Part shown: positions 9,196 through 18,869 of the stretch, in pieces
Layout: every line of letters starts with the position of its first letter
Numbering within the stretch: the stretch's first letter is position 1
Sequence record: NZ_LC532224.1
Source: a plasmid
Length of the DNA stretch: 64,000 nt
Direction: 5' to 3' (one strand)
Translations under genes and position numbers: made by a program
Notes under the pieces: model-generated
The model's database searches: none
What the model was told of the DNA's origin: nothing
The model's input: the letters and a program-made list of their open reading frames with translations, nothing else

Positions 9196-9852
9196 CTAAA
9201 AATCAGTAGCGGACTGAACAGACATGTGTGGATTTGAATCTGGGCAGGTTCCAGACATTATTCCAACCAGACTTCCAATGACAAAATGCTCGTCATTCTC
9301 GGAGACGACATAGGGTCCACCAGAGCAACCATCGGTGTTGAAATGTGCTATTACAAAGCGAGTTGTGAGATGTTGGGGAGAATGATTTGAGCAATTTAAA
9401 GGCCAAATGCCTGAAACTTCACCAGGGAATGTCGAAATTGTTGTCTCATTCATTGGATATCCGACACCCAATGTACCCATGCCAGCTGCGGGAGCCAGGA
9501 CCTTAAAGTAACTACTTACAGGCTGTTGTATTCCAGCTGGTAATACGATTTCTGCACTGTCAACAAACGGAATGCCGTCTTTAAAGTCTGCCCTGTCATT
9601 AGCCTCATTGAGAATGAAATCGACTAGAACAGGCTCTTCGTTCACCAGTCCTTGATGGTTAAGAAATTTGACGTAAAGTTTAAGTGTATTGCTGACGGGA
9701 TAAATTTTTCCAAGAGCATTGGTAACAACATGGGCTGCGGTGAGAATCTTTTGCTGCTGACCATTATCGAAACCAAACGCAGTTGCTTCGAGATGGCTAC
9801 TAAAATGAGGATCATTGCTTACATAGATTTTACAAACGTAGTTTTCAAACAT
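9196..9852 (-). CDS. S1 family (trypsin/chymotrypsin-like) serine protease
   Basis: TAAHVV (catalytic His) and DGCSGGP (GDSGGP-type catalytic Ser) are present, and the size and spacing fit a Trypsin_2 domain. Confidence 0.8.
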   Translation of the reverse strand: MFENYVCKIYVSNDPHFSSHLEATAFGFDNGQQQKILTAAHVVTNALGKIYPVSNTLKLYVKFLNHQGLVNEEPVLVDFILNEANDRADFKDGIPFVDSAEIVLPAGIQQPVSSYFKVLAPAAGMGTLGVGYPMNETTISTFPGEVSGIWPLNCSNHSPQHLTTRFVIAHFNTDGCSGGPYVVSENDEHFVIGSLVGIMSGTCPDSNPHMSVQSATDF

Positions 9853-10186
9853 TATTTCCTCCTTTTGCCGGTACCTAATCAGTTACACGGCTGCATGTTA
9901 TAAACAACTAAACTCGCTTCCTGATATTTGAGTTTGTATGTTTTGCCAGGCACCAGCTCACCTCTGAAACACGGTTAGTCTCCTCCATGACATGGTTATG
10001 GCGATGGTCAGAAACTGTTATCGACGAAAGGCTGGAATTCCTTTAATGGCATTATCCATTTCAAGTCGTATGTCCTGAACGGGAGCGTATATTTTTATGA
10101 TTCCAGATCTTAACCCTGAAACATTCCCCGTATCAAAACTGACCCGTTACAGATAAGTCACCACCGGTGCTGTCGATTAATTTAGT

Positions 10187-10443
10187 GAATTGCATGTCCT
10201 CATCCCATAAAGGGTAGGGCCTACCCCCGGCATCGAGCAAACCTGACCACCCTGCCCTTATTAAGACCCCACATGCGGCAATGGTGCCCTGTCCACGCCG
10301 CCCGCGAACTTTGAGGAAATGGGGAGAAAATAAAAAGAAAACAAAAAGTTATCGGCTGAAGTACCGGCGCAGATCGGGAATCAGGCGAAGCCTGACAGCA
10401 CGTTAGGGCCTGGCAGGGGGCTTGAGGGATGAGGACATGCAAT
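10187..10443. repeat. 19-bp perfect inverted repeats (gaattgcatgtcctcatccc / gggatgaggacatgcaatt) flanking a ~217-bp GC-rich segment; MITE-like
   Basis: Direct reading of both arms. The internal segment contains short palindromes (gggtagggcctacccc). Confidence 0.5.
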
Positions 10444-10510
10444 TGTGATAACCTTCCCGCCACGGGGTCGGTTAAATTCGTATCCTGCCGGTGCAATTCC
10501 AACGGCCGCG

Positions 10511-10942
10511 TTACCAGTTCGCCGGGTAGCATGGCCAGCAAAGCCAGGCATCGAGCACCCGGGTTTCACTGACGGCCGCTGCATAGACGCCGGTATCCGG
10601 GAAGAAATAAACCGGGGTGGCGTTGTTCAGCTGGTCGCCTTCATCGGCCAGAGCGCCGATCACCTCATGAGGCTTAAGCAGCATATCCGTTAAATATTCA
10701 TCCGGGTGGATGGCATTCAGCGATATGGCCATCTCCAGAAATTCATCCAGGGTATGGCGGGTACGATACCCCCGGAAAACCTCGTATGAAGGCGTGACGC
10801 ATTCACCATCCAGGGAACAGGCATCGTAACCGGCCAGCTGCTCTTCGGTGAGTCCGGAGGCATGCTTTGCCACAAGATTCGTAAATTGCTCTTTATCGTC
10901 CATCACAATCCTTACGCTGTAGGGGCCTGTTTGTGTTATCAC
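10511..10942 (-). CDS. hypothetical protein (143 aa; start possibly MDDKEQF)
   Basis: An ORF in a GC-rich patch. No recognised domain. Confidence 0.3.
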   Translation of the reverse strand: MITQTGPYSVRIVMDDKEQFTNLVAKHASGLTEEQLAGYDACSLDGECVTPSYEVFRGYRTRHTLDEFLEMAISLNAIHPDEYLTDMLLKPHEVIGALADEGDQLNNATPVYFFPDTGVYAAAVSETRVLDAWLCWPCYPANW

Positions 10943-11823
10943 TGCTTCCGGTTTTTACTTCGCACAACCCGGCAGGTATCCGGTCGCCCGGGCGTCCTTT
11001 GCGGTCTTGTTCGCCCTTCGCCTGAATTACGTCAAATCCCTTTCACTACCCGGCCGCAGGGTGACACCTCCCCTTTTCTCCGGAAGCGAAAGAGGAAGAA
11101 CAGTTTAACAGCCCGGATCCTCAATAATTTTCGCGTAACGGACTAAATAACCGGTTTATGCAGCTTCTGATAACCACAGACCGCGATAGAATAAAACGTC
11201 TGGTGAGGAACCGGAGTGTTATGTAAGCGGGGGGTTTAACTGGGTATCTGTGTAGTCCTATTTAGCCAGATATCCCGAATAAAAACCTCAACGATTAGGT
11301 AAACGAAATGGATGGATTCTGGTCGATGTTCTGTTTGTTTGTCGTGGTAGTTTCACTGCATAAAGCCCTTTCTGTAGCAGCAGCACGAGCAGACGCAGCA
11401 AAATTAAATATGCTTCTCAGAATGAGAAAGTTTAAAAAGTAGCTTTCAAGACATCTGAGAATTCTTTTAAATCCTCAGAGGAAGTTATATGTTTAGGCTA
11501 TTTGCAAACTAAGGTTGGAATTCCATCATTCTAGCCTTAGATCTTTGATCAAGTGAAGTTGCTCACTTGGTTGGATTTTACCGTTTCCTGACGGCTTTTC
11601 AGAAGCGAGGGCTGGTTGGAATGCCTTCCAGCTAGAAGTCTTGCAGATGCTCTCCGGGCATTAACTCATTGTCGAATCTGCACCAGTATCACTAGGTTGT
11701 TGAGCGGGCGATTAGCTTTTTCACTGAGCCGCTGTACACTCGACTGCTTCAAGAAGCACTACTTACCATTTGCCTGCCGTAAGGTCTGTTCTTAGCTGGA
11801 TTTTTTTGGGAGGATACGCAGTC

Positions 11824-12810
11824 ATGACAACTCAATCCAGCTCAATACAATACGCTTACGCGCTAGACGGCGAGGGCACCCTCACGCACATTGGCGCTGC
11901 CCTGCGCTCACATACTTACACCTGCCCAGGTTGTAAGAGCCCCCTGACCCCGGTAATGGGCGAGTTCAACGCTAAGCACTTTCGCCATTCGGAAGAATGC
12001 TGTGCCCTTGAAACCTATCTTCACAAGTGCGGCAAAGAAGCATTCTTCTATCGCTACCAACAAGCTCTCAGCCGTGAAATGCCTATTAGCCTTGAGCTGG
12101 AGCGCCGGGTTGCCTGTAATGGTTCTCGTTTAGCCTTGGTTAGAGACGAAGCACGTCAGTGCGTAAAATCCGTGCCTGCACGCTACAACTTGACTCAATT
12201 TTTCGATCAGGCAGAGCTGGAAAAACACGATAAGGTCACAGGGCTGCGACCAGACGTGATGTTGTATGATACGACTGGCGAAAGGCGTTGCTACGTAGAG
12301 ATTTGTGTCACACACCCCTGCTCTCAAGACAAGATCGAAGCCGGTATCCCGATTCTTGAGTTTAAGGTCCAATCTGCCTCTGATATTCAGATGTTGCTTA
12401 CCGGGGCCTACTCGATCAAGGAGAAGATCCTGAGAGTATTCAACTGGCTTCCCCCGTTTCAATCTGTGGACACCTGTAGCGGCGTCTGCTCAGTAGGTAA
12501 CGTGGATATGTCTGTCTGGAGTTTAAGTGGTTCCGGCCGACTCAACGAACAAACGATGCCGCTCGCTGAAGTGGATTTAACAATCAATTCTGACGTGAAC
12601 ACATGGCCTAGATCGTTAGGGGCCGCTGAGCTGGCTGATAACTTACGAGCTTTTATCCGTCACGCCGATCCTCATTCACTATTTCCCAACTGCATTATGT
12701 GCGAGCAAGCAGGCCGATGGGAGGATGGCTATCTGCAATGTCACAGTAAGGCAAAGATCGTTCCCTACACCGAGGCCCGTCAGTGCGCCAATTACAAGGT
12801 TAAGGCATGA
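11824..12810 (+). CDS. CoiA-like nuclease family protein (ORF from 11770; likely start MTTQSS at 11824)
   Basis: The N-terminal zinc-finger signature YTCPGCKSPL...HFRHSEE matches the C-x2-C...HFxH element of competence protein CoiA-like proteins. Its stop overlaps the helicase start (ATGA). Confidence 0.65.
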   Translation: MTTQSSSIQYAYALDGEGTLTHIGAALRSHTYTCPGCKSPLTPVMGEFNAKHFRHSEECCALETYLHKCGKEAFFYRYQQALSREMPISLELERRVACNGSRLALVRDEARQCVKSVPARYNLTQFFDQAELEKHDKVTGLRPDVMLYDTTGERRCYVEICVTHPCSQDKIEAGIPILEFKVQSASDIQMLLTGAYSIKEKILRVFNWLPPFQSVDTCSGVCSVGNVDMSVWSLSGSGRLNEQTMPLAEVDLTINSDVNTWPRSLGAAELADNLRAFIRHADPHSLFPNCIMCEQAGRWEDGYLQCHSKAKIVPYTEARQCANYKVKA

Positions 12811-14471
12811 CCAAAAGACTGACTTGGGAGCAGAAAAGTATTGTCAGCCATGACACCGGACATGCGTTGGTAAAAGCCGTACCTGGTAGCGGGAAAACAA
12901 CCACACTTGTAAAGCGCGTTGAGCGGCTGGTCAAGACGGGAACTGATCCTCGCTCCATTCTGATCCTGATGTACAACAAGTCGGCGCAGGTGAGCTTCAC
13001 GGAGAACTTGAAGACGGCACTGATGTCGAGCGTGATTCCAGAAATCCGCACGTTCCACAGCTTGGCCTTAAAGATTGTTGGTTACGGAGAACGCCAACAG
13101 ATAATCAAGAAGAAAGACCTCATTACTCCAAGCGACTACCGCTATGAGCAACTGGTAAAGCAAGCCTACCGCTATGGCTTTGACCATGAGGCGAATTATA
13201 TTGACCCCAATGAAATTGAAAACTTCGAGCTGTTTATTGCTCGCTGCCGGGCGGCGGCCGTAACTCCTGTTGATGCTGCCAATGATCCAACGTTCAGCAA
13301 CATCAAACGGGAGTTTATTCACGCCTATGGCCGCTATTGTGAGCTGCTGGAGGAAAACAGTCTGCGAACCTTTGATGACTGTTTGATTGAGGCTGTCGCA
13401 CTGTTGCGTAATGACAGCAGCCTTGGTGCCCACTTCAAGCACATCATTGTTGATGAATATCAGGACGTTAACCTGATACAGCATGACATGACCCGCTTGC
13501 TATCTAAGTCGGATACGTCGGTTATGGCTGTTGGTGATGTTAACCAGTGTATTTATGAGTGGCGTGGTGCTCGACCAGACTTTATCGGCGGACTGTTTGA
13601 AAGGCACTACCCGAATACGAAGGTGTTTCAACTGTCATGCACGTTCAGATTTGGCCATGAGCTTTCCTTGATGGCTAACTCGGTAATTCGGCGCAACTCT
13701 ACAAAGCTGACCAAGCTTTGTGTCAGTCATCCTAGCACCCCCAAAACAGAGGTCAGATTGCACTTTGATAACTGCCTATCCAAGGTGCTATCAAACCTCT
13801 CGGTGAGCAGTGGAACACAAGCCATATTGTCCCGCACTAAGGCGAACCTTGCTGAGGCGGAAATTGCTTTACGCCTGTGTGGGCTACCTTATCGCTACCT
13901 CAATGGTTCAAGCGCATTACACACCCGCACCGAAATCGGGATACTGGTAGTTGGCGTCTTGCTGTCTGTGTACGGCGATCTGCGGCTACTGGAAAACCAT
14001 CCCAACAAACAAGCGATTGTTTACGGCTTTCTGAAGGAGGCTGGTTTTAGATGGCAGAAAGGGCAATTCAAAGCGGCGCTCAGTGGATTGATGGCTCCGC
14101 ACGCCGACCTATGGTCTGCTCTAGGTCAGTTATTCGAGGGCGCACAATACCAAAAAGATCGGCTGGGCAGGCTCGCCACTATCTGCCAGAAAGACGGAGA
14201 GGAAACGCCTGCTATCGATGTGTTACGACGCCTGAGTATGGAGGGTTTCATTGATAGTGTTGGCTCTGAGGGTGTAACTCGCACTGGATCGAACGACCAG
14301 CAACGAGGGGTCGTGAGGATCGGGGAGCTACTTGACTCCAGTAAGATCGATTCCCGCACGTTTTTAAACCTTATCTTGAATCCAGGCGAGGCTGCTACTG
14401 ACTGCGATCCCTTCATCCTTTCCACACTGCATGGTTCCAAGGGGCTGGAGTGGGATAACGTAATACTGATC
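12807..14471 (+). pseudogene. UvrD/Rep-like SF1 helicase, N-terminal 555 codons, interrupted by transposon insertion
   Basis: Walker A AVPGSGKTTTL, motif II IIVDEYQDVN and ...HGSKGLEWDNVILI are present. The reading frame runs into the transposon terminal repeat at 14472 and terminates inside the insertion sequence. Confidence 0.85.
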
Positions 14472-14493
14472 GGGGTCGTCTCAGAAAACGGAA

Positions 14494-15820
14494 TCTATGG
14501 TCACTCCCGTTTTTGCAACACCGATTTTGACGACAAGTTGGCTTGCTTGAATCTATCCGGCGTCTGAATGGGATTTTATTCCCGCGCCTTGATGAGTTCC
14601 GCGCCTGATGAACCTCCAGAAAATATACGGCTTCAATGAGCCTTTCCGTTTTACAGGTTCCTCAACAGGCCGGTGGGCCGTTAGTATCATCAATATCAGT
14701 ATTCGCAAAACCAGATCAGTAATTCTTTAAACCGGTGTATTTCTGCCGTTATGCTACATAAGTTTGCTGTCGTGCCGTTAGGGCCCAGGCTATTCTGGCC
14801 AGCTTGTTTGCCAGAGCACAAGTGACGACAAAGTTGCTTTTCCGGCACAGTAAATCCCTGACCCAATCGGCCAATTTGCCAGACTGGTGTTCCAGTTTTT
14901 GTATGAATACCCTGGCACATTGAACCAACAAAGTTCGGATCTTTTTATTACCTCGCTTACTAATTCCCAGCAATGTCGTCCTACCTCCCGTGCTGTACTG
15001 CCGAGGTACAAGCCCTGTTGCCGCCGCAAAGTCACGGCTGCTGGCGTACTGCTTCCCGTCGCCAATCTCAGTTGAAATAGTACTCGCTGTCAGTGTTCCG
15101 ACGCAGGGAATGCTCAGCAAGCGCTGTCCAACCTCATCTTCGTCCAACTTTCGTTTCAACTGGGATTCCAAATCTTTAATCTGCTCAACAAGATAGTGAT
15201 AATGCTGTTGTAATTTCAGCAATAACTGGCTGAGGTAAAGAGGCAAACTATTATCCTCAAGAATGGTACTCAGTCGGCTAATAACGGCAGCTCCTCGGGG
15301 AACGCTAATGCCAAATTCCAGCAGAAAAGCATGCATTTGATTGGTTGTTTTTACCTTATCCTGAACCAGGGATTCACGGACACGATGCAGAGCCCGCATT
15401 GCCTGCTGAGATTCCGTTCTGGGCTGCACAAAACGCATAGACGGACGCGATGCAGCTTCACAAATAGCTTCGGCGTCGACAAAGTCGTTTTTATTGCTTT
15501 TAACGAACGGGCGGACAAATTGTGGTGATATCAGCTTTGGGGAATGCCCCAACTCTTCCAACTTGCGTGCCATAAAGTGAGAACCGCCACAGGCTTCCAT
15601 TGCGATGGTTGTAGCGGGGCATGTCGCCAAAAATTCGATCAACTTTGGCCGGGTAAATTTTTTACGGTAAACAGCCTTCCCGCGACGATCCTGGCAATGA
15701 ATATGGAAAGAGTTTTTACCCAGATCGATACCAATGAGCGCAATGTTTTCCATGATAGTTCTCCGAATGAAAGCCTGTCCTCAGCATAGTACCGGGAAGG
15801 AGGGAGTGACCATCTCATTA
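14494..15820 (-). mobile_element. IS4321/IS5075-like IS110-family insertion sequence, copy 1 (1327 bp), inserted in the transposon terminal repeat
   Basis: It sits between the 22-nt outer and 16-nt inner parts of the 38-bp repeat. Its ends are tctatggtcactccc... and ...gggagtgaccatctcatta. Confidence 0.85.
14749..15753 (-). CDS. IS110-family (IS1111 group) transposase
   Basis: The 334-aa protein begins MENIALIGIDLGKNSFH... and has the DEDD-type transposase layout. It is 100% identical to the protein encoded at 22067-23071. Confidence 0.9.
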   Translation of the reverse strand: MENIALIGIDLGKNSFHIHCQDRRGKAVYRKKFTRPKLIEFLATCPATTIAMEACGGSHFMARKLEELGHSPKLISPQFVRPFVKSNKNDFVDAEAICEAASRPSMRFVQPRTESQQAMRALHRVRESLVQDKVKTTNQMHAFLLEFGISVPRGAAVISRLSTILEDNSLPLYLSQLLLKLQQHYHYLVEQIKDLESQLKRKLDEDEVGQRLLSIPCVGTLTASTISTEIGDGKQYASSRDFAAATGLVPRQYSTGGRTTLLGISKRGNKKIRTLLVQCARVFIQKLEHQSGKLADWVRDLLCRKSNFVVTCALANKLARIAWALTARQQTYVA

Positions 15821-15831
15821 AATAAAGCACG

Positions 15832-16389
15832 CTAAGCGTGCGTGGAGGCTGGCACCCAGCGGTACAGCGTCGGAATGGACACGCCGAGGTTCTTGGCCAC
15901 GTCCTTGGGCGGCACCCCGCTGGCCAGCAGCTTCTTGGCCGACTCGATCTTGCTGTCGGTCATCTTCGGCTTGCGGCCGCCTTTGCGGCCGAGCTGCTTG
16001 GCGACTTCCAGCCCGGCGCGGGTGCGCTCGACGGTCAGCTCGCGCTCCATTTCGGCAAGGCTCGCCATGACGTGGAAGAAGAACCGCCCGGATGGTGTGC
16101 CGGTGTCGATGGAGTCGGTGAGGCTCCTGAACTGGACACCGTGCTTGTGCAGATCGCCGACCAGATCGACCAGTTGCTTGACCGACCGGCCCAGCCGGTC
16201 GAGCTTCCAGACGACCAAAGTATCGCCTTCGCGCAGCATTTCGAGCGTCTTGGCCAAGCCAGGCCGGTCTGCCCGCGTGCCACTCACCTTGTCCTCGAAG
16301 ACCTTTTTACATCCGGCCTTGCTCAAGGCTTCGCGTTGCAGCTCCAGGTTCTGATCCTGCGTCGAGACGCGCGCATAGCCAATCAACAT
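15832..16389 (-). CDS. tnpR: serine recombinase / resolvase TnpR
   Basis: The N-terminus MLIGYARVSTQDQNLELQ contains the catalytic Ser, and a C-terminal HTH is present. The stop falls inside the transposon terminal repeat. Confidence 0.9.
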   Translation of the reverse strand: MLIGYARVSTQDQNLELQREALSKAGCKKVFEDKVSGTRADRPGLAKTLEMLREGDTLVVWKLDRLGRSVKQLVDLVGDLHKHGVQFRSLTDSIDTGTPSGRFFFHVMASLAEMERELTVERTRAGLEVAKQLGRKGGRKPKMTDSKIESAKKLLASGVPPKDVAKNLGVSIPTLYRWVPASTHA

Positions 16390-16754
16390 GGCTTGTCTCG
16401 CGCCCGGTCGATGCGTTCCTGCATCGCCTGCATCACTTCTTCGTGGGTGTACGATCTGGCGTTGGCGTCGGTGGCTTGCCGCAGGGCTTCCTCAACCTCG
16501 CGCGTCATCCGCTCGTAATCCTCCGGCCACAGCGCTTGCTCCATGCGCAGCGACGCCTGACTCAGCAGGTGCAGCAGGCTGAACAGCCGCATGTCGTTGG
16601 TGGCGACGATGCGCTCCCGAATCTGCTCCTGAATAGCTTCGCTAGCCCGATGCGCTTGTGGTGTGGCAGTCCCCTCGTAGTCAGCGGGGAATTCCGCTTC
16701 CTCGGCAATCCTTGCCCAGGCGCTGGCCAGCGCCTCGATGGTTGACGTGCTCAT
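16383..16754 (-). CDS. hypothetical protein (probable start MSTSTIEAL)
   Basis: Its ORF overlaps the tnpR start and is ATGA-coupled to the upstream membrane gene. Confidence 0.4.
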   Translation of the reverse strand: MSTSTIEALASAWARIAEEAEFPADYEGTATPQAHRASEAIQEQIRERIVATNDMRLFSLLHLLSQASLRMEQALWPEDYERMTREVEEALRQATDANARSYTHEEVMQAMQERIDRARDKPC

Positions 16755-17263
16755 TTCCGCCGCTCCTGTGCTCTTTGGCGAATCAACCGGCCAAGGGGCC
16801 TCGACGCGAAAACCAGCAGCATCACGCCTATCGGATACCAGGTCGAGAAGACCACCAAGGCATCGAAGGCTGGCCGTCCGGTGTTGGTAGGCAGTACGGC
16901 GGTCACAGCCATCAACCCGCCGACCGTCCAGATGATGCGCCACACGTAGGGCATCACGCGGGGCACGTAGCCGTCATCGAAAGCGGTCTGGTAGTAGCGG
17001 CGCAGGCCGCGCTCGGCAAGCGCCTGGCGCTGCCGCTCCGACAGCGCATCCGTCCGGCCATACCAGCGCCGGAATGGTGGACAGCGCAGCAGCAAAGGGG
17101 TGAAGAGGATCATCACCGCCACGATCGCGACACCCCACGCCATGACGGCGCCGGCATCGGGCCGCTTGGCGTTCTCGATCACGGGCGCGAAGACGCCCGG
17201 AGCACCGATCATCCAGAACAGCGCAATGTGCTGATGGAAGGAGAGCTTCATTTGCTCATCCAC
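16751..17263 (-). CDS. integral membrane protein (4 predicted TM helices)
   Basis: Hydrophobic segments give the membrane call. The C-terminus is basic. Confidence 0.45.
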   Translation of the reverse strand: MDEQMKLSFHQHIALFWMIGAPGVFAPVIENAKRPDAGAVMAWGVAIVAVMILFTPLLLRCPPFRRWYGRTDALSERQRQALAERGLRRYYQTAFDDGYVPRVMPYVWRIIWTVGGLMAVTAVLPTNTGRPAFDALVVFSTWYPIGVMLLVFASRPLGRLIRQRAQERRK

Positions 17264-17574
17264 TTGCGCAGCAGGCGCTTTTTCAGGGAGGCGCGTTCTT
17301 GCGGGTTGCGTCCCTTGTGATTGGCGATGCGATCCGCCGTGGCGGCCTGGCGCTTGACGGGCCAGTAGGAGCGGCCATCCTTGCCCATCGACCAGACGCT
17401 GCTGGCCTGGTTTTCCAGCAGGGGCAGATGGGCGCTCAGGGCTTCGGGCGACGCGCTGGTCAGCGCCGTGCGCTCACGGGTGCGCCAGCGCTGATGCCAG
17501 AGCTTCTTGTTCTCGCGCTCGCTGCCGCAGGTCGTGTGCCCGACGATGGGTGTTTTGCGGCGGCTGCGGCTCAT
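17248..17574 (-). CDS. small basic hypothetical protein
   Basis: ORF overlapping the downstream gene; first gene of a three-gene set. Confidence 0.4.
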   Translation of the reverse strand: MSRSRRKTPIVGHTTCGSERENKKLWHQRWRTRERTALTSASPEALSAHLPLLENQASSVWSMGKDGRSYWPVKRQAATADRIANHKGRNPQERASLKKRLLRKWMSK

Positions 17575-17828
17575 AACGTAGTGGTCTCCAAGAACATTCA
17601 GGACTGATCCCAGGCGTCGATGGTCAAGACCTGATCGGCAGGACAGGCGGCTACGCGGTCGGGAACTGGATGGTGTTCAGTCTCATGCCGACCCCATTCG
17701 ATTGATCGCGTCGCTTGCGGCACGCTGCGACGCAAGGAGGTTTGCGACCTGGTTTAGCAGCCGTGTCCGCTGCATGTCTGTTACCTATCTCCCCGACCGC
17801 TCATTGGACCAACTCCAGAGATTGGGCT

Positions 17829-18185
17829 CTATCGCTCAGCCAATACGAAACCGGCATTGGCTGATGCCACAACCGAGACTAACACAAATGGCTCGGTACC
17901 TGTATTTCGCGCCCCGTGCACTTGGCCCGGTCTTGCCACGGCTATCTCACCTTCCCTGAGGGCACGAACAATCCCATTGCCCTGAAAGTAATCAGCCATT
18001 CCCGACAAAACAGTCCACGTGTCTTGGCCGTGAGGATGAATGTGAGCCGCAATTTCCTGCCCGGGATGGACATGCCAAACCACGATAATTGAGTCTCGGG
18101 TTTCAAGCACAACGGAACGAATAGGCTCGCCTTCGGACGGCTGAACATACTCGGCTACAGAAAATATTCTCGATTCAACAGTCAT
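17829..18185 (-). CDS. cupin-domain protein (start MTVESRIF with strong Shine-Dalgarno; long ORF to 18404 is spurious overlap)
   Basis: HVHPGQEIAAHIHPHGQ...VHGARN matches the two-His cupin motifs. Confidence 0.6.
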   Translation of the reverse strand: MTVESRIFSVAEYVQPSEGEPIRSVVLETRDSIIVVWHVHPGQEIAAHIHPHGQDTWTVLSGMADYFQGNGIVRALREGEIAVARPGQVHGARNTGTEPFVLVSVVASANAGFVLAER

Positions 18186-18576
18186 CGGAGATCCCTCTTT
18201 CACAGTTGTCGTTACGGTCTTCATCGTCGGCATCCTGACGCACGGCGGGCAATTGCTGGAGCAACGCCGGCAGCCATTCCTGTACCGTCTCCCACACCAC
18301 ATCGAGGTTGATGTCGAAATAGCCGTGAGCCATGCGATTACGCATATTGCGCATGCTGCGCCACGGCACGTCGGCATGCGCCTGGGTGAACTCGACGTAG
18401 CCATCCATCACCTTTGTGGCCGCCTCGCCGATGACGATCAGGCTCATGATGACGGCCTGCTGGGTGCGCTTGTCGGCCAAGAAGTCGTCCTTGGCCATCC
18501 CTTCCACGAAGCTGCGCGCATCGGTTGCGGCCTGCTGAATGTGGTCGAGGTAATCGGGCAGGCGGTTCTCGCTCAT
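18175..18576 (-). CDS. hepT: HepT-like (DUF86/HEPN) toxin
   Basis: RNRMAHGY fits the R-x4-6-H-x-Y HEPN motif. It is coupled to the upstream MNT gene. Confidence 0.8.
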   Translation of the reverse strand: MSENRLPDYLDHIQQAATDARSFVEGMAKDDFLADKRTQQAVIMSLIVIGEAATKVMDGYVEFTQAHADVPWRSMRNMRNRMAHGYFDINLDVVWETVQEWLPALLQQLPAVRQDADDEDRNDNCERGISDDC

Positions 18577-18869
18577 ATCGGTTGCGCCTCCGCGAGCACC
18601 TTGGCCCGGAACTTCGGCGGCAGGTCGCCGGGAGTCAGCAGATCGACGTCAACGCCGAGCAGCGATTTCAGTTCTTCTTCCAAATCGCCCAAGTCCAACA
18701 ACGTGGCACCGGGCAGCGCATCGACCAACAGGTCGAGGTCGCTGCCATCCCGGTCGGTGCCATGCAGCACCGAGCCGAAGACGCGCGGGTTCGCGGCGCG
18801 AAAGCGGCCTACCGCTTCACGCACTGCGCTTCGCTTCATGTCAAGCACAACAGACGGTCGCATGCGCAT
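18573..18869 (-). CDS. mnt: MNT-type nucleotidyltransferase antitoxin
   Basis: GSVLHGTDRDGSDLDLLV fits the GS-x(n)-DxD minimal nucleotidyltransferase motif. Confidence 0.8.
   Translation of the reverse strand: MRMRPSVVLDMKRSAVREAVGRFRAANPRVFGSVLHGTDRDGSDLDLLVDALPGATLLDLGDLEEELKSLLGVDVDLLTPGDLPPKFRAKVLAEAQPI

Noticed and set aside
15838-16518. Long plus-strand ORFs (226 aa, 170 aa) antisense to tnpR.
   Set aside because: These are high-GC antisense artefacts; the real gene on the opposite strand has clear resolvase motifs.
16383-17574. Tried to name the three transposon passenger ORFs upstream of tnpR (KGG-repeat stress protein? DUF?).
   Set aside because: The resemblance is too vague; left as hypothetical.
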